Below, one piece after another: positions 52,344 to 60,861 of a DNA stretch of 64,000 nt (positions within the stretch are counted from its first letter, which is position 1; the number at the start of each line of letters is the position of its first letter). Under the pieces are notes generated by a model that saw only the letters and a list, made by a program, of their open reading frames with translations, was not told the origin of the DNA and ran no database searches. The stretch is from Clostridia bacterium (GTDB lineage: Bacteria > Bacillota > Clostridia > Oscillospirales > CAG-272), in contig JAGBAS010000028.1 in assembly GCA_017938885.1 (NCBI GenBank), positions 909 to 64,908 of the forward strand, given 5' to 3'. A program made the translations under genes and the position numbers.

Positions 52344-55300
52344 TCATTCCTTTCCCTTATACAGAGCAACGGAGGCGGCGGCAGCAGCCAGGATCATCGT
52401 AGCCGACAGAACGGCAGACTGACAGCCCTTCTTCTCACCCGTAGGCTCGGACGCGGACTCGTCGGGGGCCTCGGTAGCGGGGGTGTCGGTGACAGGCTCG
52501 GCAGGAGCCGTTTCCTCGGCGGTGGTTTCCTCGGTCTGCCCGGACAGCCCGCTGTTTTCGGGGGTAGAGATATAGGAGAACTTGAAGCGGCCGCCGGGAG
52601 CTACATCGCCCGAGGTATAGAAGTCCAGAATATCGCCCGAGAAGGTTGCGTAGACGGTGGTATTGCCCTCGCCCTCGCCCTTGTCAGCCACGTCGTGGAC
52701 GTTATCCGTCCAGGCGAAGTTGACGGTGTAGGTCTCGCCTTGAATACCCAGAGCCGATTTGGGGATCTTGACCGTCATGTAGCGGCCGTCCACCTTGTAT
52801 TCCACGTCGGCCACCTTTTCAGAGGTGTAGCCGTCGGTGAACTTCTCCAGAACGGCGGCAGTCTCGGTGGGGGCGGTCTTGTTGACCACGAAGTCAAAGC
52901 TGTTCCAGCCAGCGTTATTGGCATCCACATCAATGTAGAGGTTCATCCAAAGCTTGTCGGTATAGGGAGTGATGTTCTCGGCGCACTCCACAAGGAACCA
53001 GAGGTTCTCGCTGTCGCGGGCGATCTGGGCGCCAATGATGTCGTTTCGGCCGGAATAGTCCTTGTACTCGATGCCGCCGTAGCCCAGGGCGTCGCGGTCA
53101 CCCGTGTTGCCGATGTAGGCGGCGTAGTAAGGCTCTACGGTCTGCCATTGATCGTAGCCTGCGGTCAAATCGATGGTGGCGGACTTGGAGGGAGTGGGGA
53201 TGGGATTCGCGCCCTTATAGCGGCGGACGTAGTTGACCAGCTGGTAGTAGTAGTGGTCGGCCAGGTCGCCTCGGGAGGGCTCCAGGTCGCGGGAGAACTC
53301 GTTGTTGAACTGGTCGGGGAAGGCGTTCTCCACCACCGAGTTGCCCCCATTGGGCCACGACGCATAGCGGCTGGCGCACCACTCGTTCCAGCCCGTGATG
53401 AAGATCATCTTGGGATCCTGCTCGATGGCAAACTCGAACTGCTCGGAGAAGTTGTAACCCCACTTGGAGGCCTCGTCGCCCTCCTTGTCGTAACGGTCGC
53501 GGTAATTCTTGGTATAGGAGCGGCCCATGATGTTGTGTCCGCTCATGGCGGCCAGCTCCTGGTTGACATAGTTGGCGTTCTGGGCCACGCCTACGGTGAT
53601 CTGCTCCACGATCTTTTCCTTGCGCTCCTCGGCGTTTGCGAAATAGCGCGCCTGCTGATAGGTGGAGAGCCAACCCCATTCGCCATAGTTGCCGGACTTA
53701 GTGAAGTAGGAGGCAACGGGGGCGCGGAAGCTGAAGAACTCGGCGATCTGCTTGTCGATGGCCTCATTTTTCAGGCTGTTGACACCGTGGGCCATGATGA
53801 GGGGCTTGCCCTCCCAGTAGAACCACAGGGGACGGTACTTGCCGTCGTGATAGATGTTGGTGTACATCTCCAGGAGCTGAACGCGGGTGTCGTTCCCGGC
53901 TCCAAAGGGCATCAGATTACTGATTTTTGGGGTCTCCACGCCGTCCTGCATGGCTTTCGTCCACGTTTCATATATGACGGGGTAGGCATCACCCCAGGTC
54001 AGGGTGGCGTTGGAATTGTCTGTGAAAATGACGTCCACGCCTGCGGCGGTAAGCAGCTCGGCCTGCTTGCGGATGACCCAGGCGTCGTCCGAGCGGTAGT
54101 AGCCGTAGATGGGCTCGTCCCAGAAATACTGAACCGAATTGTCCTTGGCCAGCCAGCCCGCATGGTCGTAGTCGTAGAGGTAATCCTCCAGAGGAATACC
54201 TGCGGCGGTCTGCTCGTCGATGTACTTCTGGACGTTAAAGGGGGTGCGGATCTTACCGAAGGTGGCGTGCCAGTTCCAGAAGAACATGGCCACATTCTTG
54301 CCGTCGCGGGGGTCACCCACCTCGGCATTGGTCAGGGAGACCCGACCCAGACCGTCGGTGAAGACCCAGGTATCGGGCATGACGGTTGCGGCGGGATAGC
54401 GGCTGGCGGCGGGCAGCTTATAGTCCGCGAGGTCCTTTTGGGATTCGGTAATTTCTTCAAACACGGGTGTTTCCTCCAGATTTGCGCTGATACTGCCCAG
54501 AGGGGTGGAGGTGGAGCCGAAATACTGCACCTCACAGCGGGCGGCGTTGGGGATTGCCACGCCGTTCTGGTAATTGCGGATAGTCTCGGGGGCACTCGGA
54601 GAGGTCCAGACACCCACCTGCTCGGCGGCATCCTCCGAGATGTTGGTCATGAGCAGGACGTACTCGCCCAGAGGCATATTCTCGGCGAATTCCAACTTGA
54701 GGGTGGCGTTGTCGTTGAAGTCAATGAAGTCCTGGGAGGCCAGAGCCTCACCTGCCACGGTCTTGTCGTAGTTCTCGTTCCACTTGAACAGCTCGAAGCG
54801 GAGAGAGCCCTTATTGTTGTTGTAGCTGGGACAGCCCACGGCGATGTAGCTCCACGGCACCGTCATGTTGAACTGGATGGCGTAGGTCTGACTGATTTTC
54901 ACGGGGGTACTGCTGTCGGCGTTACAGAGAGAGGTCTTGCTACCCTCGGCTACGATGTCCTCCCCTGCCGGCGCGAACTTGATGGCGTAGACGTTGGGGC
55001 CGTCGGTGTGGAATACAATGGTGATCTCATGCTCGCCCTCGGGCAGTTCTACCGTGGCGGGGGTAGTATCCAGCCAGCTCCGCCATCCCGCGCCCCCCAC
55101 CTGGTTGACGATCTTGGAGGCCTCGGTGCCGTCGATCATGAGGGTGAAGGTACCGTGACCCGCACCGGAGGCCCAGCCCGTGACCATGCCCCAGCTGTAG
55201 GTGCCGCCCTTGGCGACGTTCACACGGAAGGTGAGGCTATCGCCCTTGCGGACGCGGTCGAAGTAGGGCTCGCCCAAAGTCGTTTCCAGGTAGATGGTCT

Positions 55301-55472
55301 CGCCTACGGGTGCGATCTTCTCATAGGCATCGGCCAGAACGATACGGGTCGTACCCGAAGCCTTGATAGCGGTTGGTTCCTTGGCGGCCATGACCGGCAT
55401 GGCAGGCAGGAGCGAGAGCAGCATAACGGCTGTCATAATCAATGTTACAAAACGAATAGTCGGTTTCTTCAT
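52344..55472 (-). CDS. Secreted CBM-containing putative glycoside hydrolase with a C-terminal KKGC membrane anchor
   Basis: Sec signal ...LPAMPVMA/AKE. The N-terminal module is CBM6/35-like (GDSLTFRVNVAKGGTYSW...EGEHEITIVFHTDGPNVYAIKFAP). A central TIM-barrel-like region follows (FFWNWHATFG..., VDVIFTDNSN). An acidic T/E/A/P stalk then leads to ...GEKKGCQSAVLSATMILAAAAASVALYKGKE. Confidence 0.7.
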   Translation of the reverse strand: MKKPTIRFVTLIMTAVMLLSLLPAMPVMAAKEPTAIKASGTTRIVLADAYEKIAPVGETIYLETTLGEPYFDRVRKGDSLTFRVNVAKGGTYSWGMVTGWASGAGHGTFTLMIDGTEASKIVNQVGGAGWRSWLDTTPATVELPEGEHEITIVFHTDGPNVYAIKFAPAGEDIVAEGSKTSLCNADSSTPVKISQTYAIQFNMTVPWSYIAVGCPSYNNNKGSLRFELFKWNENYDKTVAGEALASQDFIDFNDNATLKLEFAENMPLGEYVLLMTNISEDAAEQVGVWTSPSAPETIRNYQNGVAIPNAARCEVQYFGSTSTPLGSISANLEETPVFEEITESQKDLADYKLPAASRYPAATVMPDTWVFTDGLGRVSLTNAEVGDPRDGKNVAMFFWNWHATFGKIRTPFNVQKYIDEQTAAGIPLEDYLYDYDHAGWLAKDNSVQYFWDEPIYGYYRSDDAWVIRKQAELLTAAGVDVIFTDNSNATLTWGDAYPVIYETWTKAMQDGVETPKISNLMPFGAGNDTRVQLLEMYTNIYHDGKYRPLWFYWEGKPLIMAHGVNSLKNEAIDKQIAEFFSFRAPVASYFTKSGNYGEWGWLSTYQQARYFANAEERKEKIVEQITVGVAQNANYVNQELAAMSGHNIMGRSYTKNYRDRYDKEGDEASKWGYNFSEQFEFAIEQDPKMIFITGWNEWCASRYASWPNGGNSVVENAFPDQFNNEFSRDLEPSRGDLADHYYYQLVNYVRRYKGANPIPTPSKSATIDLTAGYDQWQTVEPYYAAYIGNTGDRDALGYGGIEYKDYSGRNDIIGAQIARDSENLWFLVECAENITPYTDKLWMNLYIDVDANNAGWNSFDFVVNKTAPTETAAVLEKFTDGYTSEKVADVEYKVDGRYMTVKIPKSALGIQGETYTVNFAWTDNVHDVADKGEGEGNTTVYATFSGDILDFYTSGDVAPGGRFKFSYISTPENSGLSGQTEETTAEETAPAEPVTDTPATEAPDESASEPTGEKKGCQSAVLSATMILAAAAASVALYKGKE

Positions 55473-55518
55473 AATAATACCTCCTGTCGGTTGACGGGAT
55501 GCTCCGCGTCTTGGGTAT

Positions 55519-55547
55519 ATTATACGGTAATTTCTTCAATTTGTCAA
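55519..55547 (-). promoter_or_regulatory. SigA promoter of the 52344..55472 gene
   Basis: On the minus strand: TTGACA (55547..55542), 17 nt, TATAAT (55524..55519). A doublet GCAAAATGCAAAAT lies just upstream (55561..55578). Confidence 0.65.
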
Positions 55548-55596
55548 CAATTTATAGGTAAAATTTTGCATTTTGCGGAGGAAATTTGTGAATCAC

Positions 55597-55632
55597 GCGA
55601 GAAGAAAGGGACACGTCTGCGGGGCGTGTCCC
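55597..55632 (-). terminator. Rho-independent terminator of the 2-TM coiled-coil gene
   Basis: On the minus strand: GGGACACG-ccccgcaga-CGTGTCCC followed by TTTCTTCTC. Confidence 0.65.
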
Positions 55633-55652
55633 TTGGGTATTCCACGTTTCGG

Positions 55653-56816
55653 TCAGTAGGTGCTTCCCGTCTCGCAATACTTGACGATCTTTTCGGCGTT
55701 TCGGTTGAGGGATTCGGTGGCGTATCGCTGGAGACGGCTCTCCTCCAGCACGCGGCGGTTGTTGTCGTCCATCTCGCTCTGCATCTTGGCCTGGCGTTCG
55801 GTCATGTAGTAGAGGTCGTTGCTCATGACCGAAACTTGGTTCTGGATGGAGTTGATGCGGTTGCCCAGATCCAGCATCAGGCCCGTCAGGTTCCCGAGGC
55901 TGTTGGCGATGGTCTGCAAGCCGCCCAGGACCGAGTTGCGGTATTCGGACAGCTCATACCGCTCAATGCCCTGGCGCACCGTGTCCACCAGATCGTTGCG
56001 GAAGGAGTGGTCGAGGAAGAAGGTACACTCGATGGTGCGGTAGTCCGTGGGGATGATATTGACGGAGTAGAATTTGGCGCGCTGGGCTTTTGCCTTTTCA
56101 ATGGCGTTCTCCATCTCACGGTACTGCTGATCGAGCATGGAGAGCAGGCGGTCATGCTCTGCTGTAGCGGCCAGTATCGTTTGCTCGTGAAGCTCCGCTC
56201 CTTTTCGGTTTTCCTCGTCGATCTCGGCATTGAGGCGGGGGAGAGTTTTGGTATTGTAGTTCTCTGCGGCGGCATTTTCGCGGCGGATCTTTTCGTTTTT
56301 CGAGGATATCTCACGGTGATGCGAAGCAATGATTTCTGCACGCTTACTTTCAGTCGAACTATTGCTGACGACCGCAACGATAATCGCAATGAACAATGTA
56401 ATCAGCAAGAAGATCCCCAACAGCTTTACACCCAAAAAAGTAAATTCATAGTCCTCTCTATTGCAGTATGCAAAAAAAGAGATAACCAGTGCAAGAACAG
56501 CCGAAACGACCGCTCCCACGCAACACGTCACAAAAAAATTAGCCCCTCCATCTTTTTCCGGCAATTTCAAAGAAGAAGTATTCTCCAAAACCTCGTTCTG
56601 TAAAGGTCTCTTTTCCAAATGCTGCTTTGGTACAAAGCTCCCCATCTCCTTTCGAATATTCCTGGAACGCTCCTTGAGGATCTTCTCTTTCAATTCATCC
56701 CGGCTCTTTTCCATGGTCAGAAGATCGAACTCCATCTCCGCCGCGTCATGCACGTAACTGCCTAACACAGCCTTGGACGGCAGATGATTCCCGTCCCGAA
56801 CAGTCAGCTCACTCAT
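55653..56816 (-). CDS. Hypothetical 2-TM protein with a long C-terminal coiled-coil domain (no recognisable family)
   Basis: The start at MSELT has a perfect RBS (gaaaaGGAGGaaaaaATG). TM helices are FFVTCCVGAVVSAVLALVISFFAY and LLGIFLLITLFIAIIVAVV. A Glu/Arg/Asn-rich heptad-like sequence follows. The gene is monocistronic with its own terminator. Confidence 0.6.
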   Translation of the reverse strand: MSELTVRDGNHLPSKAVLGSYVHDAAEMEFDLLTMEKSRDELKEKILKERSRNIRKEMGSFVPKQHLEKRPLQNEVLENTSSLKLPEKDGGANFFVTCCVGAVVSAVLALVISFFAYCNREDYEFTFLGVKLLGIFLLITLFIAIIVAVVSNSSTESKRAEIIASHHREISSKNEKIRRENAAAENYNTKTLPRLNAEIDEENRKGAELHEQTILAATAEHDRLLSMLDQQYREMENAIEKAKAQRAKFYSVNIIPTDYRTIECTFFLDHSFRNDLVDTVRQGIERYELSEYRNSVLGGLQTIANSLGNLTGLMLDLGNRINSIQNQVSVMSNDLYYMTERQAKMQSEMDDNNRRVLEESRLQRYATESLNRNAEKIVKYCETGSTY

Positions 56817-56935
56817 TTTTTCCTCCTTTTCGGCGCTTTGGCCCATTTATAGTCTATATTGTATCATATATAGCCCATTTTGTCAAGAGAAAAAGTCTAT
56901 AATAAGTCCATAAAATTTCATACAAGGAGAGTTTT

Positions 56936-57178
56936 ATGGATACCTATACCGCCGTCAAGAACCGTCTGCTTCGCCTGTGCGAGGAAAAGCGTATGTCCAT
57001 TCACAAGCTGGCCACCGAATCCGCCGTCCCCCCTTCCACCGTCAAGAATATCCTGTACGGGAAAAGCGTCAACCCCGGGGTGGTCACCATCAAGATGCTC
57101 TGCGACGGGCTGGGGATCTCCCTGACCGAGTTTTTCGACACCCCCGATTTCCAAAGCCTGGAGCAGGAGATCCGTTGA
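56936..57178 (+). CDS. XRE-family helix-turn-helix transcriptional regulator (80 aa)
   Basis: VKNRLLRLCEEKRMSIHKLATESAVPPSTVKNILYGKSVNPGVVTIKMLCDGLGISLTEFF. RBS caaggagagttttATG. It is divergent from 55653..56816. Confidence 0.8.
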   Translation: MDTYTAVKNRLLRLCEEKRMSIHKLATESAVPPSTVKNILYGKSVNPGVVTIKMLCDGLGISLTEFFDTPDFQSLEQEIR

Positions 57179-57195
57179 TCTCGCGGAAAATCTTC

Positions 57196-57224
57196 TTTAC
57201 TTTTTGGCCCGTTTATGCTATAAT
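57196..57224 (+). promoter_or_regulatory. Extended -10 promoter candidate for uxaC
   Basis: TTTACT (57196..57201), 17 nt, then TGcTATAAT (-10 at 57219..57224). It leaves a ~95-nt leader. Confidence 0.45.
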
Positions 57225-57323
57225 ATAGTCAGGAATCAGCCTTCACTTTGCATATGATGAACACTTCTTCCCGCGTATCGCCAATCATCCGCAAGGTGAA
57301 AGCCCTGAAAGGAGATCATACAC

Positions 57324-58655
57324 ATGAAAGAATTTTTCGGCCCTGACGTTCTGCTCCGCTCAGATGCGGCCAAGGCCCTCTATGCGACGGTCAAGGACCT
57401 GCCCATCATCGACTACCATTGCCACCTCAACGAGACGGAGATCGCGGCTGACCGCAGCTTCTCGGACCTGGGCGAGCTGTGGCTGGGAGGCGACCACTAC
57501 AAGTGGCGCGCCATGCGGATGTGCGGTATCGACGAGAAGTACGTAACCGGCGATGCCGACTTCTCCGAGAAGTACATGAGGTACGCCTCCATCTTCCCCC
57601 GACTGGCGGGCAATCCTCTGTACTACTGGACTCAGATGGAGCTGGGCTTGATCTTCGATATCCACGAGCCGCTTGGCCCCGACACCGCCGAGGACATCCG
57701 TGAGAAGGCCAACGCCAAGCTGGCAAATATCCGCGTCAGCGATCTTCTGAAGCAGTTCAAGGTGGAGTACATCGCCACCACCGACGATCCCGTGTCGGAG
57801 CTGGCGGCTCACGGTGTGTACGGCGACACCAAGGTCTCCCCCACCTTCCGCCCCGACCGCATGATCGGTCTGGACGAGACCGCGCTCTCCGAGCTGGCCG
57901 CCGTTTCGGGCATCGCCACCGATACGCTGGAGGGCTTGAAGGCCGCTCTGACCGCAAGACTGGACTACTTCGTGGCTCACGGCTGCCGCATCAGCGACCA
58001 CGGCATGGACTGGCTTCCCGCCGCCGATTGCGGTGAGACCGCCGCCGCCGAGCTGTACGACAAGCGGGGCAAGCTGGACACCGAGGACAAGTGGACTCTG
58101 ACCTCCCATCTTCTGCACTTCGTGGCCGCTCTGTACGCCGAGCGGGGCATGGTGATGCAGCTCCACTTCGCCACCTACCGAAACGTCAACACCGCCATGT
58201 TCGGGCGGGTCGGCCGAGATGCGGGCTTTGACATCATGCGCGGAGGCGTGGACACCGACAAGCTGGTAGTCTTCCTCGACACCCTGAACAAGGAAGGCAA
58301 GCTTCCCAAGACGGTTCTGTATACGCTGAATCCCGCCTGTGTGCCTGCCCTTTGCACCCTGTCGGGGGCGTTCCCGAACGTGAGAGTCGGCGCGGCTTGG
58401 TGGTTCAACGACAGCGTGGAGGGCATCCGCCGTCAGCTCAAGCTCACCGCCGAGTACGCCGCTCTGGGCACGAGTCTCGGTATGCTGACCGACTCCCGCT
58501 CCTTCGCCAGCTACGCGCGGTTCGATTTCTTCCGCCGGATCCTCTCCGATGTGGTCGGCGAGTGGGTGGAGAACGGCGAGTATGATATGAAACACGCGGA
58601 GAAGCTGATGTATGACGTTTGCTATGGGAACGTCAAGGAGTTCTTAGGAATCTAA
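57324..58655 (+). CDS. uxaC: Glucuronate (uronate) isomerase
   Basis: LPIIDYHCHL...GDHYKWRAMRMCGI...NPLYYWTQMEL... RBS gaaaggagatcatacacATG. Confidence 0.92.
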   Translation: MKEFFGPDVLLRSDAAKALYATVKDLPIIDYHCHLNETEIAADRSFSDLGELWLGGDHYKWRAMRMCGIDEKYVTGDADFSEKYMRYASIFPRLAGNPLYYWTQMELGLIFDIHEPLGPDTAEDIREKANAKLANIRVSDLLKQFKVEYIATTDDPVSELAAHGVYGDTKVSPTFRPDRMIGLDETALSELAAVSGIATDTLEGLKAALTARLDYFVAHGCRISDHGMDWLPAADCGETAAAELYDKRGKLDTEDKWTLTSHLLHFVAALYAERGMVMQLHFATYRNVNTAMFGRVGRDAGFDIMRGGVDTDKLVVFLDTLNKEGKLPKTVLYTLNPACVPALCTLSGAFPNVRVGAAWWFNDSVEGIRRQLKLTAEYAALGTSLGMLTDSRSFASYARFDFFRRILSDVVGEWVENGEYDMKHAEKLMYDVCYGNVKEFLGI

Positions 58656-58753
58656 AGATACAAGATACAAGATACGAGATACAAGATATGGCTCAACCGA
58701 GGGTTATCTTGTATCTTGTATCTGCCGAGCATTGCTCGGCGTGTATCTTGTAT
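58655..58753. repeat. Heptad-armed palindromic element E, (GATACAA)n / (TTGTATC)n
   Basis: Sequence: GATACAAGATACAAGATACGAGATACAAGATATGG-ctcaaccgagg-gTTATCTTGTATCTTGTATC-tgccgagcattgctcggcg-TGTATCTTGTATC. It begins at the last base of the uxaC stop codon. Confidence 0.85.
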
Positions 58754-58786
58754 CTCCAAACCAACTGAAAAAGTGAGGAGAACACT

Positions 58787-59869
58787 ATGCAAATGACCTT
58801 CCGCTGGTACGGCGAGGGAAACGACCGCATCTCGCTGTCCGATATCAAGCAGATCCCCGGTGTGACGGGGATCGTCTGGGCGCTCCACCACAAGATGCCC
58901 GGTGAGATCTGGGAGGAATCCGAGATCGCCGAGGTGAAGCGGCAGCTGGACAAGTACGGCTTCAACATGGACGTGGTGGAGTCGGTCAACGTCCACGACG
59001 ATATCAAGATCGGTCTGCCCACCAGAGATCAGTATATTGAAAACTACAAGACCACCATCCGCAACCTGTCGGGATTCGGGGTCAAGGTAATCTGCTACAA
59101 CTTCATGCCCATCTTTGACTGGACTCGCTCCAATCTGTTCCACCCCGTAGGCGACGGCTCCACCGCTCTGTTCTACGAGAAGAACATGATTCAAGATGAC
59201 TACAATGCCATGGCCAAGTACATTCTGGACTTCACCGAGAAGTACCATATGTCCTTTCCCGGCTGGGAGCCCGAGCGCATGGCCAAGTTGGATCAGCTCT
59301 TCAAGGCCTACGAGGGCATCGACCACGAAAAGCTCTGGGCGAATCTGAAATATTTCCTGGAGGCCATCATGCCCACCTGCGAGGAGTGCGGCATCAAGAT
59401 GGCCATCCACATGGACGATCCGCCGTGGGATATTTTCGGTCTGCCCCGTCTTTTGGTGGACGAGGCGAGCATTGACCGATTCCTCAAGATGGTGGATCAC
59501 CCCTGCAACTGCTTGACCCTTTGCTCGGGTAGCTTGGGCGCGAATCCCGACAATGACGTGGCGGCCATTGTCCGCAAGCATTGCGACCGCATCGCCTTTG
59601 CCCACATCCGCAACGTCAAGCACTTTGAGAACGGCGACTTCTCCGAGGCCAGCCACCGCGACTGCGACGGTGACACGGGGATCCTGGACATTCTGAAGGC
59701 CTACCACGACTGCGGCTTTGAGGGCTACATCCGCCCCGACCACGGCAGACACCTGTGGAGCGAGGGCCCCGGGACGGTAAGACCGGGTTACGGGCTGTAT
59801 GACCGCGCCATGGGCATCATGTATATGCTGGGCGTGTGGGATATGCTGAATAAATTGGAACAGAAATGA
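58787..59869 (+). CDS. uxuA: Mannonate dehydratase
   Basis: MQMTFRWYGEGNDRISLSDIKQIPGVTGIVWALH... RBS agtgaggagaacactATG. Confidence 0.93.
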   Translation: MQMTFRWYGEGNDRISLSDIKQIPGVTGIVWALHHKMPGEIWEESEIAEVKRQLDKYGFNMDVVESVNVHDDIKIGLPTRDQYIENYKTTIRNLSGFGVKVICYNFMPIFDWTRSNLFHPVGDGSTALFYEKNMIQDDYNAMAKYILDFTEKYHMSFPGWEPERMAKLDQLFKAYEGIDHEKLWANLKYFLEAIMPTCEECGIKMAIHMDDPPWDIFGLPRLLVDEASIDRFLKMVDHPCNCLTLCSGSLGANPDNDVAAIVRKHCDRIAFAHIRNVKHFENGDFSEASHRDCDGDTGILDILKAYHDCGFEGYIRPDHGRHLWSEGPGTVRPGYGLYDRAMGIMYMLGVWDMLNKLEQK

Positions 59870-59880
59870 GGTATACGAAT

Positions 59881-60714
59881 ATGAAGCTTCCCTTTCAGAT
59901 CGATCTGACCGATAAGATCGCCGTCATCACCGGCGCGGGCGGCGTGCTCATGAGTGAATTTGCCCGTGCGCTGGCGGCTTGCGGAGCTAAGGTCGCCCTG
60001 CTGGATATCAACGCCGAGGCCGCCGTGGCAGTGGCCGCTTCCATCGGTGAAAACGCGCTGGCCATCCCCACCGACTGCCTGGACAAGAGTGAGATTGCCC
60101 ATGCCGCCGAGGTGGTGCACGACAAGTGGGGCAAGGTGAATTTCCTCATCAACGGTGCGGGCGGTAACAATCCCCGCGCGACCTGCGACAACGAATACAT
60201 GACCCGCGATCTGTCCGACGATGTCAAGTCCTTTTTCCACCTGGAGGAGGACGGTCTGCGGTTCGTTTTCGACTTGAATATCACCTCGGCCTTCCTGGTC
60301 ACCCAGGTCTTCGCCGCCGATATGGTGGAGTCGGGGGGCAACATCCTCAACGTTTCCTCCATGAACGCCTACCATCCTCTGACCAAGATCCCCGCCTACT
60401 CAGCGGCCAAGGCAGGCATTTCCAACTTCACCGAGTGGCTGGCGGTGCATTTTGCTCCCTGCGGTATCCGTTGCAACGCCATCGCCCCCGGCTTCTTCGT
60501 CACCAACCAGAACCGCGCCCTGCTCTTCCGTGAGGACGGCACGCCTACCCCTCGGACGGGGAAAATTCTGGCGGCCACTCCCATGGGTCGCTTCGGTGAG
60601 GTTAGCGATCTCATCGGTACCCTCCTGTGGCTGTCCTCCGACGAGGCAAGCGGCTTTGTGACCGGCATCACGGTGCCCGTGGACGGCGGGTTCAACGCCT
60701 ACAGCGGAGTATAA
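59881..60714 (+). CDS. SDR-family oxidoreductase, probable D-mannonate/fructuronate reductase (short-chain UxuB type)
   Basis: ITGAGGVLMSEFA (TGxxGxxG)...PAYSAAKAGI (YxxxK). The location after uxaC-uxuA fits. The start at MKLPF has GAGG 9 nt upstream. Confidence 0.75.
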   Translation: MKLPFQIDLTDKIAVITGAGGVLMSEFARALAACGAKVALLDINAEAAVAVAASIGENALAIPTDCLDKSEIAHAAEVVHDKWGKVNFLINGAGGNNPRATCDNEYMTRDLSDDVKSFFHLEEDGLRFVFDLNITSAFLVTQVFAADMVESGGNILNVSSMNAYHPLTKIPAYSAAKAGISNFTEWLAVHFAPCGIRCNAIAPGFFVTNQNRALLFREDGTPTPRTGKILAATPMGRFGEVSDLIGTLLWLSSDEASGFVTGITVPVDGGFNAYSGV

Positions 60715-60861
60715 GGCATCGGCTGTTCCGGTGTTGACAGCTTTATTCCGTGCGCAGATGTCTTTTGCGGTTATTTTTAACAAATTTTGCATAGAAAAAT
60801 CGGGTTTTCTGTAGTATAATATGTACACCGTTCCAAAACACATCTCGAAAAGGAGAATTCT

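Noticed and set aside
57225-57323. Riboswitch or attenuator in the ~95-nt uxaC leader (agccttcactttgc … gcaaggtgaaagcc long-range pairing).
   Set aside because: The pairing has several mismatches, there is no terminator-like U-tract, and it resembles no riboswitch class I know.
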